DNA from: Nitrosopumilaceae archaeon
GTDB lineage: Archaea; Thermoproteota; Nitrososphaeria; Nitrososphaerales; Nitrosopumilaceae
Reading direction: 5' to 3'
Assembly (NCBI GenBank): GCA_965214835.1
Contig: CBDCCK010000002.1
Coordinates: 640,001-704,000, forward strand
DNA: 64,000 bases
Position numbers and translations under genes: made by a program. The notes below the pieces were generated by a model. That model worked only from the letters and a program-made list of their open reading frames with translations, had not been told where the DNA came from and made no database searches. Below, piece after piece: positions 1-9,720 of the stretch; the stretch's first letter is position 1, and each line of letters opens with the position of its first letter.

Positions 1-361
1 AAAAACACCCCCGCCGTAGTCAGGGTGATGGATCAACCCCTCGTTATGCATGTGCTTCGCGCACTATTTGTTGAATGGGGATATCCGAGCTGCTGTGTTC
101 CTGTGCTTCGCGCACTAATGGATGACTGCAGCTTCTGGTCCGTCAAGACCAGGAATGAAGGAAACCGCCTGCGGTGACTCACCTCCTGCCCCACCACCCA
201 CCCAATGATCTGGGAGGATATGGCATGACCGTACTGGGACAGGCAAGCGCGACTGCATCGTGCAACCAGCGTTAGCCATAAAGTGTGCCATGATCAGCTA
301 GGCATGGATCAGAAGAAGCTAGGGACATCGTCGTTTCTACGACGGATGTTTTTAACATAGA
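1..361 (+). mobile_element. Non-autonomous IS110/IS1111-family derivative (left and right non-coding ends joined, no transposase); left tip lies outside the window
   Basis: 1-145 is near-identical to the left end 37626-37770; 180-361 resembles the right end 38880-39057; subterminal IRs aaaaacacccccgccgtag / ctacgacggatgttttt. Confidence 0.85.
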
Positions 362-482
362 TATCGCCTAATTCGCCAGAATTCCCGAAAACCGCTGAGA
401 CGCTATGTGGATCAGGCGTGCAAAAATGGCGGAAATTCAAAAAAACGTACGGATCGAGTCGGGTAGGTGGAATTAGGCGACA
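362..482. mobile_element. MITE with IS481-like ends
   Basis: IRs tatcgcctaattc ... gaattaggcgaca (TGT...ACA-type termini, left end has one change). Confidence 0.6.
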
Positions 483-493
483 GCCCCCCCCCC

Positions 494-700
494 TTTCAGG
501 TGTCCAAGATTATGCATATTTCCAAACATCTCTGGCTTAGAGATCTGGCCACCAAACCAAGGAAAATCCGAATCCGGTGAAGTTCCATATCCCCAATTTT
601 ACACAGAACCAAAAACCGGAACAGTCCAATGGAAATAATGGGTAATGGTGACTAGGGTCGGAGAATATCCATGTTTCAGGTCTCGAAGATTACACAGAAC
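494..700 (+). repeat. Stacked IS6-like right-end remnants
   Basis: ttacacagaacc at ~599-610 and ~689-700, plus a degenerate aagattatgcat at ~506; compare the IS6 end aagattgcacagaacc at 41791-41806. Confidence 0.5.
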
Positions 701-834
701 CCCCGCCCACAAGGTTTAATTTGTGACATGTTCTATGTTTGTTAGGTCTGAACCGGGCGGTGGCGCTATGCTACCACTATTATCTTATTCAAATTAGAAA
801 AAATTCTAGGTAACCAAGTCACAGGGCACTAAGG

Positions 835-934
835 TTTCTACGGTTCCCAGGCGATGAAGCCCCCGCCAAATTCGGGTCTCATCAAGATGCTCGCTCCGTA
901 TGTGAATGTGTCTGTTTAAAATTGTTTTGGATTG
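835..934 (-). repeat. ~105-bp dispersed repeat (other copies at ~32288-32390 and ~34093-34195 on +)
   Basis: Reverse complement matches gcaatccaaaacaattttaaacagacgcatcc...cgcctgagaaccg. Confidence 0.75.
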
Positions 935-1054
935 CAGTCTTTTCAGAAGTTCCCCACAAGACGGTTCCACAGTCGAAACAGTTCAAGCCAAGCTGCCTGC
1001 AAATCCGCGTGTAGCCATCAGCGCCATCGTGAGTCGGATACATTTGGGAAGACT
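935..1054. mobile_element. ISH3-derived MITE (other copies at ~32168-32286 and 56219-56339; partial at 56505-56560 and 58300-58385)
   Basis: Ends cagtcttttcagaag / tttgggaagactg match the ISH3 terminus cagtcttcccagaag at 53874. Confidence 0.7.
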
Positions 1055-1517
1055 GTTGCAGGTTAGGGCTGCCGCGATTGTATGCAGGATACAATGCGGA
1101 CTGCTGGCGGGAGATGTTCGGCGTGACAATGACATGCATCATAACCCGGCACCCCGGTGAGATCAGTGTGACGAGCATGAAAAAGATACGGGGTTGCCTC
1201 CCCTTATGCATTTGTGGTGACGGTTAAAAGTTCTTGAGCACTATGGGTGCGAACTACTCAGGAAGGCGTTTTTTGGCAATCAGGTACTTTCAATCGCCGG
1301 TATGGACTGCCACGTCTAAAACAAAAAGGAGACAGCGGTGTAAAAAAGCCGCCTGTCGTACACCCGGACAATCCTGTTGATCTTGTTCCCCCATAGCTGT
1401 ATGACAGATGGAAAGATAACAACGCCAGGTAGCAAAGCGCACTTGGGATCAAGGCAACAGGATCGGGGAATCTCTGCGCATGCTCCTGTGAGGAAGGTGA
1501 CCTCGCAAATCACACAG

Positions 1518-1745
1518 TCAGAGGCTTTTGAGAAAGTCCTCTTTTCTGATTTCTGCAAGTGACAGAATGCCAAAAATGGTCCCAACCTTGACCTCCTTGT
1601 GCATCGGAACGATCGTGACTATCTTGCGGTCTGTGAATTTGCGCAGGACAACATGGCTTCCGGTCTGGCGGGAAACCTGAAAGCCAAACCTGTCTACAAG
1701 GACCCTTACTATCTTGCTGCCTGCAAGCTTAGGAAATTTCGACAC
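1518..1745 (-). CDS. hicA: HicA-family toxin (mRNA interferase)
   Basis: 75 aa; GFQVSRQTGSHVVL and IVPMHKEVKVGT motifs. Confidence 0.9.
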   Translation of the reverse strand: MSKFPKLAGSKIVRVLVDRFGFQVSRQTGSHVVLRKFTDRKIVTIVPMHKEVKVGTIFGILSLAEIRKEDFLKSL

Positions 1746-1938
1746 TCAGTGCACCCATCATATCCATGCTTTGGATGGACTCTTTTGCATCTGGCACCTC
1801 CTCTAGGTAGAGGCCCACTGCCTCCCTGATGTTTGCCATTGCATCCTCTATTGTGCTGCCCTGGGTGGTCACTCCCGTGGCCACCTCCTTTATTACGTAC
1901 GCGTCCTCTTCCTTCCAGAATACCGTCTGCAATCTCAT
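1729..1938 (-). CDS. hicB: HicB-family antitoxin (short form)
   Basis: TQGSTIEDAMANIREAVGLYLEE motif; overlaps hicA. Confidence 0.9.
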   Translation of the reverse strand: MRLQTVFWKEEDAYVIKEVATGVTTQGSTIEDAMANIREAVGLYLEEVPDAKESIQSMDMMGALSVEIS

Positions 1939-2041
1939 GCATTATGTCAAGGAACGAATCGTTTTAATCTTTTTGTGAGTGTTTGTGTATGTGTTCTGGA
2001 GGACGTAATCTCTCTTACGGGCTAGTCTGCTGCAACAAACT

Positions 2042-3568
2042 ATGTTGCAAGAAACGTTTTTTTACGTGAGCGAGCGCACTTGGACTGTAAGGCTTCGATA
2101 TGGGAAAGAAAGACTGCCTCCACATCCCGTAAAAATCGACTTGGACGTAGATATTAAAAATTTTGGCCCAGTCACAAGGGGCACCCTGAACATAAAGCCC
2201 CTGACCATCTTTATCGGTCCCAACAATTCAGGCAAGTCGTATGTCGCGATGCTGATACACTCGATTCTGTCATCTGTGAACAAAATCAAGGAATTCGGAT
2301 CGCACGTACTCCCAAACCAGGGACAGATGGACATATACAATCTTAGTGATGAAAAGTTGAAAGACGTTGTGAATAAAAACAAAGGCAGACAGAGTTTTGC
2401 CATTCCAGCAGAACTTGTCAAAGAAGTCCGCTCCAATATCATCCAAAGTGTTTTCGGCGATGTGCTAGAGTCCTCAATCCGTCGTAATTTTGGCTCCACG
2501 ACACGCGATCTTGTAAGGGCTGGACAAAGGAATGCAAAGGTTACCGTACATGACTCCGTTAATCTCGACATAAAGATTGGCAAGAAGTTAAGCGTAACGG
2601 AACGCGTCAACGCTGCCCAAAAAGAATACGAGGTCAACATCTCCCCAAAGGGATCCAGATATCAAGTGCAAGAGAAGTCAGATGCCAATTCTTCTGTGAT
2701 CCTTCTGAACAAGTCCAAGGCGTCTGATTTTTTCAGGTATGACTTGGCCTTTTGGCTAGTCTCTTCAATCTCTCGTGACATCGCACACGATAACATTCCT
2801 AGCGACTCGTTTTATTTTCCGGCCGCAAGATCCGGAATACTACAAGGCCACAAGGCGCTTTCTGCAAGCATCATCAAAAGTGCCCCGTTTGGTGGCATTG
2901 AGCCGTTGCACATCCCCAATCTGACTGGCGTGGTGTCTGATTTTATATCCGAGATCATCCTTATTCCTCGTCGTCCGGGACCGTTATTCAAGCTTGCCAA
3001 ACAGCTAGAGGAGGATCTTCTTCACGGACACATCAAACTGTCTTCGTTTGAAAAGGAAACCTTTCCCGAAATCGTTTACAGATCAGAACAGGGCGACATC
3101 CCATTACACAGAACATCGTCAACGATCTCCGAGATTGCCCCGTTTACTTTGTATCTAAAGTACATAGTGGACACAGGCAACATGCTGGTTATTGAAGAGC
3201 CGGAAGCACACCTGCACCCAAAAAACCAGCTAATCTTTGCAGAATATATCGTAAAGATGATCCGACGGGGGCTCAACGTGTTAGTTACCACCCACAGCGT
3301 ATTCTTGCTAGAACAGCTGAACCAGTCAATGCTTGCCAGCAGACTTCCCCCCGATCTGAGAAAAAAACAGGGATTTGGCGGGGATGACAGCTATCTATTG
3401 CCAGAGGAAATAGCTACATACGTCTTTAAAGACGACGGCGGCGGCCACCGCATTGTTCCCGTCAAGACAGACGACGAGGAAGGCATATCACAGGAAGAAT
3501 TCATAGAGATAAACGAATACCTCTACTCGAAATCAGTCAAACTTTCACAGAATCTGCCGGAAAACTAG
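2042..3568 (+). CDS. ABC-type AAA ATPase (AAA_15/AAA_21-like); true start probably near 2130
   Basis: IKNFGP, Walker A GPNNSGKS, Walker B/D-loop IEEPEAHLHP, TTHS motif. Confidence 0.9.
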   Translation: MLQETFFYVSERTWTVRLRYGKERLPPHPVKIDLDVDIKNFGPVTRGTLNIKPLTIFIGPNNSGKSYVAMLIHSILSSVNKIKEFGSHVLPNQGQMDIYNLSDEKLKDVVNKNKGRQSFAIPAELVKEVRSNIIQSVFGDVLESSIRRNFGSTTRDLVRAGQRNAKVTVHDSVNLDIKIGKKLSVTERVNAAQKEYEVNISPKGSRYQVQEKSDANSSVILLNKSKASDFFRYDLAFWLVSSISRDIAHDNIPSDSFYFPAARSGILQGHKALSASIIKSAPFGGIEPLHIPNLTGVVSDFISEIILIPRRPGPLFKLAKQLEEDLLHGHIKLSSFEKETFPEIVYRSEQGDIPLHRTSSTISEIAPFTLYLKYIVDTGNMLVIEEPEAHLHPKNQLIFAEYIVKMIRRGLNVLVTTHSVFLLEQLNQSMLASRLPPDLRKKQGFGGDDSYLLPEEIATYVFKDDGGGHRIVPVKTDDEEGISQEEFIEINEYLYSKSVKLSQNLPEN

Positions 3569-3569
3569 G

Positions 3570-4043
3570 ATGTCCCTGCAAAAAATCAAAAACAAGTACT
3601 CTTGGGCAGAAATTTCTTGCGGCAGTGAACGTTGCAACATCCGCGTAGATACGGGGAGGAATTTTGTCATGTTGAAGGGAGAGCTTCTGGTGCAGCGCCT
3701 GCCGGAAAAAATATGCGACTGCATAATCTTTCAAAACGACAAAAAAATTGCAATCGTTGAGTTAAAGAGCACGTCGCTTGATGCCAAGAAAATCATCGAG
3801 AAGTTTTCCAACAGCGCAAGAAAATCAATCGACATAGCAGCCAGTGCCTTCTGCACATCCAAAAAAGATGATTTTACGCCATATCTTATTTTACTGGCAA
3901 AAAAGTATGCCAACTACTTTGCACATGACAAACTCCAAAGATCCAAAATCCCAATCAACGGAAAAAATCGCCGCATAATTCTTGGCAGATGCGGATGCTC
4001 TTTGAGCAGCTGCATCAGTTCACAGAAACGTCACAGAAGATGA
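3570..4043 (+). CDS. Small partner of the ATPase; putative PD-(D/E)xK nuclease-like protein
   Basis: Starts 1 nt after the ATPase stop; CDCIIF...IAIVELKS motif. Confidence 0.6.
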   Translation: MSLQKIKNKYSWAEISCGSERCNIRVDTGRNFVMLKGELLVQRLPEKICDCIIFQNDKKIAIVELKSTSLDAKKIIEKFSNSARKSIDIAASAFCTSKKDDFTPYLILLAKKYANYFAHDKLQRSKIPINGKNRRIILGRCGCSLSSCISSQKRHRR

Positions 4044-4047
4044 ACAC

Positions 4048-4124
4048 AAGACTTTGCGTATTTGCCAAAAGCAACGTAAAAGATGCCTGATTTTTTGATC
4101 TGCACCGATTACGCACAAGGGCTA
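4048..4124. mobile_element. IS5(ISL2)-derived ~80-bp MITE (other copies at 6417-6496, 14138-14215, 43962-44031, 48026-48105)
   Basis: Ends tagaccttatgc / gcataaggtcta (clearest at 6417-6496) match the termini of the IS5 at 28893-31775. Confidence 0.8.
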
Positions 4125-4273
4125 TGGAGAATCACCGGACATGGATTGTCCATGGACAGGGTCCCGTGTTTTTTGGCACTAGTGCCTGTTCTTTTGGGAT
4201 GCCTGCAGGCAGACTGCTCTGGAGTCTGGTCATACATGGTGTCTTCAACCCACGCTCAGATTGAATCATGTAA

Positions 4274-4365
4274 GCGAGAGTTTACCCCCTAGGGCGGCAC
4301 TGTCGATCAGGGCCTTCATAACAATGACTCCCCGCGCCGTATTCACTGGAGGGGTAAACTCGTAC
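4274..4365. mobile_element. IS66-derived MITE (related degenerate copy at ~15306-15394)
   Basis: gagtttaccccc / ggggtaaactcgtac match the ends of IS66 49457-51106. Confidence 0.7.
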
Positions 4366-4414
4366 CTCATGCAAAACCTCAAACTAGTTATACCGATTAG
4401 GCGATCGGAGTACA

Positions 4415-4760
4415 ATGGCGGGTAGATCTACACAGTCCGTGAAAAAATTCAAGCCTGCCAGCCAATGGATTGCGCTTGAAGGGGACAAGATCATTGCCAA
4501 AGGGGTAGATCTGGCAGAAGTGAAGGGGACAAGATCATTGCCGTCAATACGTCAATGCAATGACTCGGGCAAAATCAAGGCCCCAATTCAAAAGAATTGC
4601 CAACGATGCCAGGTCATAGCCGATACCGCCTCGGATCCCACCCATACAGTACGCCGTGTACCTGCCATTGAATGTGGCCCTTTTGTTTCTGTATCATGGG
4701 CTGGTAAGATGACATTTGTTAGCGTGGTACCAAGTATGTTTTTCGTGGAGGTCACCGTAG
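4415..4760 (+). pseudogene. Decayed DUF5678 + retropepsin-like protease pair
   Basis: QWIALEGDKIIAKG (DUF5678-like) followed by ADTASD; a degenerate version of 6745-7389. Confidence 0.45.
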
Positions 4761-4894
4761 TTTCGTCATTCCCTATGACGGGTGAGGGCATCACGGATCC
4801 CCGGCCGGCACCGGCCGGGGCGCAGCGGGGGGGATAGGTCCGCGCCCTGCCCGTTTTAATTAGGAATAAATCCCCGGGGCCCTCTTAATGAGCA

Positions 4895-5086
4895 ATGCAC
4901 TGCGATGACAAGAGAACCGCCTCGGTATTGAGGGAAAACATTGCAGAATCAGCTAGGGAGCTGGCAAGGCTGGCCGAAGAGCATCAAAATGCAGGCAAAT
5001 TGCGCAGGAGGCAGATTCGGCAGGAGACCTTGGAGTTGGAGCGATTCATCGCCGAAAACAAAGAGCAGATAGAGGCGATGGGCTAG
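4895..5086 (+). CDS. Small helical hypothetical protein
   Basis: 63-aa ORF with coiled-coil-like composition. Confidence 0.35.
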   Translation: MHCDDKRTASVLRENIAESARELARLAEEHQNAGKLRRRQIRQETLELERFIAENKEQIEAMG

Positions 5087-5532
5087 CACCCATGGGACTG
5101 CGCCCACCCCGTTGCCGCAAATTCACTGGCACTGCAAAGCTCGACGGGGAGGTATCCGTTGCCAGAGTCCAGTAGCGCCCGGCTTAGGTTCTGGCCGTTG
5201 CAGTATATCACCCCGATGATTCTTCCATAGGTGCCTTCCTGCTGGCCATCATCCTCATCGATCAGTGCAGTCGAGCCGACAGGACATGCACCCTCAACGA
5301 ACGCCGTGGCAGCCTCCGCCCCGCCCTCGTACTCTTCAGGGGCAGAAGACAGGGCAAAGCGGACGGACTGCCCGTCGACCTTGAGAGTGTCACCGTCCAC
5401 AATCGCAGTTACCTGGCCCGAAAAGCACCCGGCCTCGCCGCTGCACTGGAACGTTCTAGGAATGGTAAACGCAAACATCACCCCGATCACGGCCAGAATG
5501 ATCGGGATGACTGCCAGCTGCCTTGACTTCAC
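5083..5532 (-). CDS. Secreted or membrane-anchored thermonuclease (SNase family)
   Basis: N-terminal hydrophobic segment; IVDGDTL, APE and YGRIIG motifs. Confidence 0.85.
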   Translation of the reverse strand: MKSRQLAVIPIILAVIGVMFAFTIPRTFQCSGEAGCFSGQVTAIVDGDTLKVDGQSVRFALSSAPEEYEGGAEAATAFVEGACPVGSTALIDEDDGQQEGTYGRIIGVIYCNGQNLSRALLDSGNGYLPVELCSASEFAATGWAQSHGC

Positions 5533-5597
5533 ACAACGGGATGGTTTTACAAAAACAAAAGAATTTCCATCAAGTCAGAGGACAAGGCCGTCTTCAC

Positions 5598-6222
5598 GGC
5601 AAGGCGCGCGGCAGGAGGCCTGCAGTATCGAGGTACACTCCGGAACCATCTGACGGCAAAAAGTTCACGTTCGCGCTGGTCATCAGGAGGATCCCAAAAT
5701 CCAAGGCAAAGAACATCTTTGATCGTAACAGCTCAAGCTCTGGAAGCTGCTCCTGATTTCAGACACGAATCTGCCCGGGAGGGGGAGCCTCTGGGGCGGC
5801 AAAACCCACGCCTAAACTTCCAGAGCCCGATCTGTTACCCTTGATCGGTACCACGTGTTTGCAACCACGCAGCGCTGCGGCGGCTATGCGGAGCTGATAG
5901 ACCATGTGACAGAGGAGTACCGGGACAGGTGGGGCATAGAGACCGGATACCGCTGTGCCAAGAGCATCAGGCCGCGGACCGTCAGCAGGAATCCTGTCCT
6001 GCGTGTGCTTTTGTTTTACATGTCGCTTGCAGTATGCAACATATGGCTGACAATGAGGGACTCGGAAGACCCAAAGACCCGCGTCATGGCGCTGCTGACT
6101 CATGTATGCCGTGGTCCTGTATTCGTGCTGCCTCCGTGCGCTGGATGCCGACAGGATCGGGGTGGGGCGACGGCGGCATGATCCCGGCTAGACGGATTTA
6201 TGGGGTACATTTTCAACTACTG
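5598..6222 (+). mobile_element. ISH3-family transposase C-terminal fragment with right end, interrupted by a MITE
   Basis: YRDRWGIETGYR motif; duplicated at 9720-11542. Confidence 0.75.
5725..5838. mobile_element. IS66-type MITE (GTAA...TTAC); other copies at 9956-11157 (interrupted) and 21718-21828
   Basis: 22-bp IRs gtaacagctc.agctctggaag / cttccagagcccga.ctgttac; 8-bp DR ctttgatc/ccttgatc. Confidence 0.85.
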
Positions 6223-6744
6223 AAGAAGGACCTCACAGACATTGACCTGCATGAACGGGCCTTTGATGAGGCAATGATGGAGGGCAGGCAAAAGCCCGAA
6301 GGCTCCCCCGCCGGAGAGGCCGCCCCCAGGACGAGCGCCTTGGAAAAATTCAGGATCAGATAGGCACCAGCCTTGCGTCTTCTTTCTCCTCATCCCCAAG
6401 GGAGGCGTGAACCTAGTAGACCTTATGCATAATTGCCAAAAATGACGCAAAAGCTGCCTGATTTTTTTGACTTGCACCGATTACGCATAAGGTCTAGTGT
6501 ATCTTGGGGCTTTTGGACCATACGTGACACCTGTCAGACCCCATAGTGCACACAGTTGAAAATCAAGCACTTTTGTGTCAAAACGGATAAGATTTGATAT
6601 AACGTCTCTAGTGCACACATCAAAAAACGGAACATAATTTTTGACACACCGTGCCTATTTAGATAAAAAACATCCCTTTACATATACATGACGCACTTAG
6701 TGCCGATGATTGGCAGGATTCGGCCGAACCCTTCCAGACGCGCC

Positions 6745-7170
6745 TCACGATTTTTCCAGTGTGAGTTTCCTTCGCCTTTCTGAAAAGGTAATATCATATC
6801 TGGAGAACAGCAGATCCCTGCCCATTATCACAAAGTTGGGACCCGCGTCATAGTCCGACGGTACCAGTATCTTTGAGTTATCGAACCTGTCAAAGACCTC
6901 GTCATTACGCATGATTGCGATCGACCTGATGTTGTGCTCGTTTGCATCGATGGTGCCAGATACGCCGACGGCGTCGACCTTCATACCGGGGCTGTCATCT
7001 AGCAACCCCGTACGTTCTGCTGTAAGCCTTGGCACATAGGTGGTACTGGCACCCGAATCCACGTATGCCCTTTCACGTATGCCCCTTCTATGATGTAACA
7101 TCACATCCAGCATCGGAGCAAAAGCCATGGCGCCGCCCATTGGCCTAGGCAGATATTTGAATACGGCCAT
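6745..7170 (-). CDS. Retropepsin-like aspartyl protease
   Basis: AYVDSGAS catalytic motif; IMGRDLL motif. Confidence 0.8.
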   Translation of the reverse strand: MAVFKYLPRPMGGAMAFAPMLDVMLHHRRGIRERAYVDSGASTTYVPRLTAERTGLLDDSPGMKVDAVGVSGTIDANEHNIRSIAIMRNDEVFDRFDNSKILVPSDYDAGPNFVIMGRDLLFSRYDITFSERRRKLTLEKS

Positions 7171-7176
7171 GACACG

Positions 7177-7389
7177 TTACAGTAGGAACGGAGGATTACC
7201 CTCTGGTATGTACTGTACCACCGGCATGTCCCCTCGATCGTCATGCATGGCCACTATTTTACGAACATCCTTTCCCCTTTTGGCATGATGTACGACCTTG
7301 TCGTCTATCACCACGATCCAGTGGCCTGCGTATTTTTTTCTGTCGTCACTGCTCATGTTGTCCACGTATTTCATACTTTGTACTCTCAT
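7177..7389 (-). CDS. DUF5678-like small protein (start trimmed; the upstream extension is MITE sequence)
   Basis: KYAGHWIVVIDDKVV motif; directly upstream of the aspartyl protease. Confidence 0.7.
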   Translation of the reverse strand: MRVQSMKYVDNMSSDDRKKYAGHWIVVIDDKVVHHAKRGKDVRKIVAMHDDRGDMPVVQYIPEGNPPFLL

Positions 7390-7429
7390 AACCCCATTAT
7401 GATGTGGCCAAATATTTAGATTTTTATTT

Positions 7430-7516
7430 GATGCTGGATTGCCGCATGACCGTCGTGCCTGAGCGCGCAAAAACATCTGATTTTTTGTGCCTAAAATCAG
7501 GGTCATCTGACAGCCT
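7430..7516. mobile_element. MITE of the tagcctgttg family (other copies at 37606-39129, split by IS110, and ~41957-42035)
   Basis: Shared core cgtgcctga.cgcg.aaaa...gtgcctaaaatc.ggg. Confidence 0.7.
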
Positions 7517-7685
7517 GCAAAAGTAAGAAAGAGCAAAAAGAAGAGCGGCCATGCCGGAGCTGTCGCACAATCCCGCGTTTCAGCGACGAAAGTCACTGCC
7601 CTGTTGAAACAACGCCCATCCTATTACGTCCGCATGTCCTGCCAGACCTTCTGCAAGACCCCATGCGACTTTTGGAATGTTGCTA

Positions 7686-7773
7686 TAGTGCACACATCAA
7701 AAAACGGAATATAATTTTTGACACGTCGTACCTATTTCGATAAAAAACATCCCGTTTTCAACTGTGCGCACTA
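7686..7773. mobile_element. TA-flanked MITE (partial copies at 6544-6690, ~47600-47660, ~48865-48930)
   Basis: IR tagtgcacaca / tgtgcgcacta. Confidence 0.75.
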
Positions 7774-7827
7774 TCGTACCATGAACCGGCATCATTCTTA
7801 ATATAGTCTAAACACGTAATATGTCAC

Positions 7828-8013
7828 ATGAAGAAAAAGTCCTCCAACACTGATGACTACAGGACTCTCTTAAAAAACGCAATGAAAAATCCGGGAATTC
7901 GCGAGGTGGAAAAATTGTATGAAGACTATCGTGGAATCTCACAGCAATCTGATATGATAAACTCCAAAATACATCCAGGATACCATATAACAACATCCGA
8001 TTCCTCATCCTAA
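7828..8013 (+). CDS. Small hypothetical protein directly upstream of the ClpP-like gene
   Basis: 61 aa; TATA-like cttaatata upstream; stop lies 1 nt before the next ATG. Confidence 0.55.
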   Translation: MKKKSSNTDDYRTLLKNAMKNPGIREVEKLYEDYRGISQQSDMINSKIHPGYHITTSDSSS

Positions 8014-8014
8014 C

Positions 8015-8490
8015 ATGCCGACTTGGGGAGAGATACTAGCCGAATTAAACCAGTTAAAAACGGCCGATTCGGGAAGCCGTTTTTGACGTCTTGAGAAGAA
8101 AGTACCTAGCGTGGCTATACGCAAAAACTGGAAGAAACGTAATTCTATACGCCTCTGCCTAGACACAGGCTGGGAAAAACGTAGATCCCGGATTGCTAAG
8201 CATAACCGAGGAGGACCTGCAGGGCCTGATGGAGGTAGTTCACGGGCTGCAGGGAACCTCATTAGATCTGATAATACACAGTCCTGGCGGCTCGCCGACG
8301 GCAACAGAGGCTCTAGTCACGTATATTGGGACAAAATTCGACGACATACGCGTAATCATTCCACATGCGGCAATGTCTGCAGCAACAATGTTGGCATGTT
8401 CAGCCAATCGAATAATGATGAGAAGGCATTCCTTCATCGGGCCCATTGATCCGCAGATAATTCTCAATACAAAACTGGGGACGATGTCGG
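8015..8490 (+). pseudogene. SDH/ClpP-class serine protease, frameshifted and truncated by an IS481 end
   Basis: MPTWGEIL start; IHSPGGSP, AMSAATML and GPIDPQ motifs. Confidence 0.8.
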
Positions 8491-8600
8491 TGCAGGCATA
8501 TGAGCGCAAGATGCCTCCTGCGGGCGAAACGGTCATAGATGGGCAGACCGGGGAGGAGTATCATGCCAGATGGGGGGTGAACTACTTTTCGGATCCCACA
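8491..8600 (+). mobile_element. IS481 right-end fragment
   Basis: Near-identical to 29949-30059. Confidence 0.9.
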
Positions 8601-8648
8601 ACACAGAACCGAAAAAATATATACATATTAGGTATAAAAGTACGTATC

Positions 8649-8864
8649 ATGTCTACCGTCAGAGTGAAGCTGGAAAAAATAAAAGGGGGATTGCTGGCTC
8701 AGTACTTGGACAATCCAGAGATAATAGTGACCGGAGACAACAAAGAACAAATCAACAAGAATCTAATTAAGATAATCGACGGGTATGTCGAGGCATTCCC
8801 AGAGACCAAGAACAGCTTTTTTGAAAACCAGCAGCGATTCAAGGTAGATTTTATTGAGGTATAA
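8649..8864 (+). CDS. Divergent HicB-like protein
   Basis: IIVTGDNKEQINKNLIKIIDGY resembles the HicB fold pattern. Confidence 0.45.
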   Translation: MSTVRVKLEKIKGGLLAQYLDNPEIIVTGDNKEQINKNLIKIIDGYVEAFPETKNSFFENQQRFKVDFIEV

Positions 8865-9081
8865 CTGGCATGTTCTCAAAAAAGTACTGTCAATTTTAGG
8901 CTATCGACAAGTACCGACGTCAATGCAAGGCTATCTGTTTTTTAGTCATTCTGAAATGCCCAAAGTTACAATTGAAAAGAATCCGAAGTACCAAGCTGAA
9001 AAGATTGAAAGATACCTCTGCGTAATTAAGTTGCCACTTCCGTACGTGGAACCAATTTACAAAAAATGCTCTGAACAATAA
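8854..9081 (+). CDS. Divergent HicA-like protein
   Basis: 75 aa; LKKVLSILGY start; overlaps the upstream gene; the GSH His is not evident. Confidence 0.4.
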   Translation: MRYNWHVLKKVLSILGYRQVPTSMQGYLFFSHSEMPKVTIEKNPKYQAEKIERYLCVIKLPLPYVEPIYKKCSEQ

Positions 9082-9322
9082 TAAAACGCCTATCCGACGC
9101 AAGCTATCAGTCTGACATCTGTGCACTGCTACAAACTTGGAACATCTGCTTCCGGCGTCCCGTTAGAGGCACGCGGTGGCTGCGTATGAACCAATCACCT
9201 ATTTACACTGCTACTAACTCGGGACATTTCACGGGGATGTCCAATTCTGGACATGGGGGAGGGGGCAGATATCGATAAATCCAGAGCCTGCATAAGAAAA
9301 ACACTTGAAAAAATACCTGGAA

Positions 9323-9720
9323 ATGAACAACCAGATTCTTGGAGCGCTGGGGGAGACGTACTGTGAACAGTTTCTTTACTCCCAAAACATGGCATGTGTC
9401 AGGCCGCATAACATAGACGCAGGGGAGCTGCTATCCGGCAACAAAATACCGTTTGGTTACAAAGATGGCAGAATAGACATGGCGGTGCCTGAGATTCTAA
9501 GGGACGATATCTGCAAAATATGCAGGACAACTACAAAATACAAGCCACGATACCTGTATGATTTTCTTGCAGCCAGGCTATGCGCCGAAAGTCCACCCAG
9601 GCAGATCAATCAGACCAAAGCTGAGGACTTTGTGGGTGGAGGCCAAATCCGGAAACAGCAAACCCAGTGAGTCACAAATAAGAGGAAAATCTGAAACAAA
9701 GATCAAGGTCATGATATGCC
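9323..9720 (+). pseudogene. PD-(D/E)xK nuclease-like gene, frameshifted
   Basis: GALGETYC...YDFL...WVEAKS split across frames. Confidence 0.5.

Noticed and set aside
8193-8864. 223-aa protease fusion protein
   Set aside because: It is a chance read-through across a protease fragment, an IS481 end and a separate small gene.
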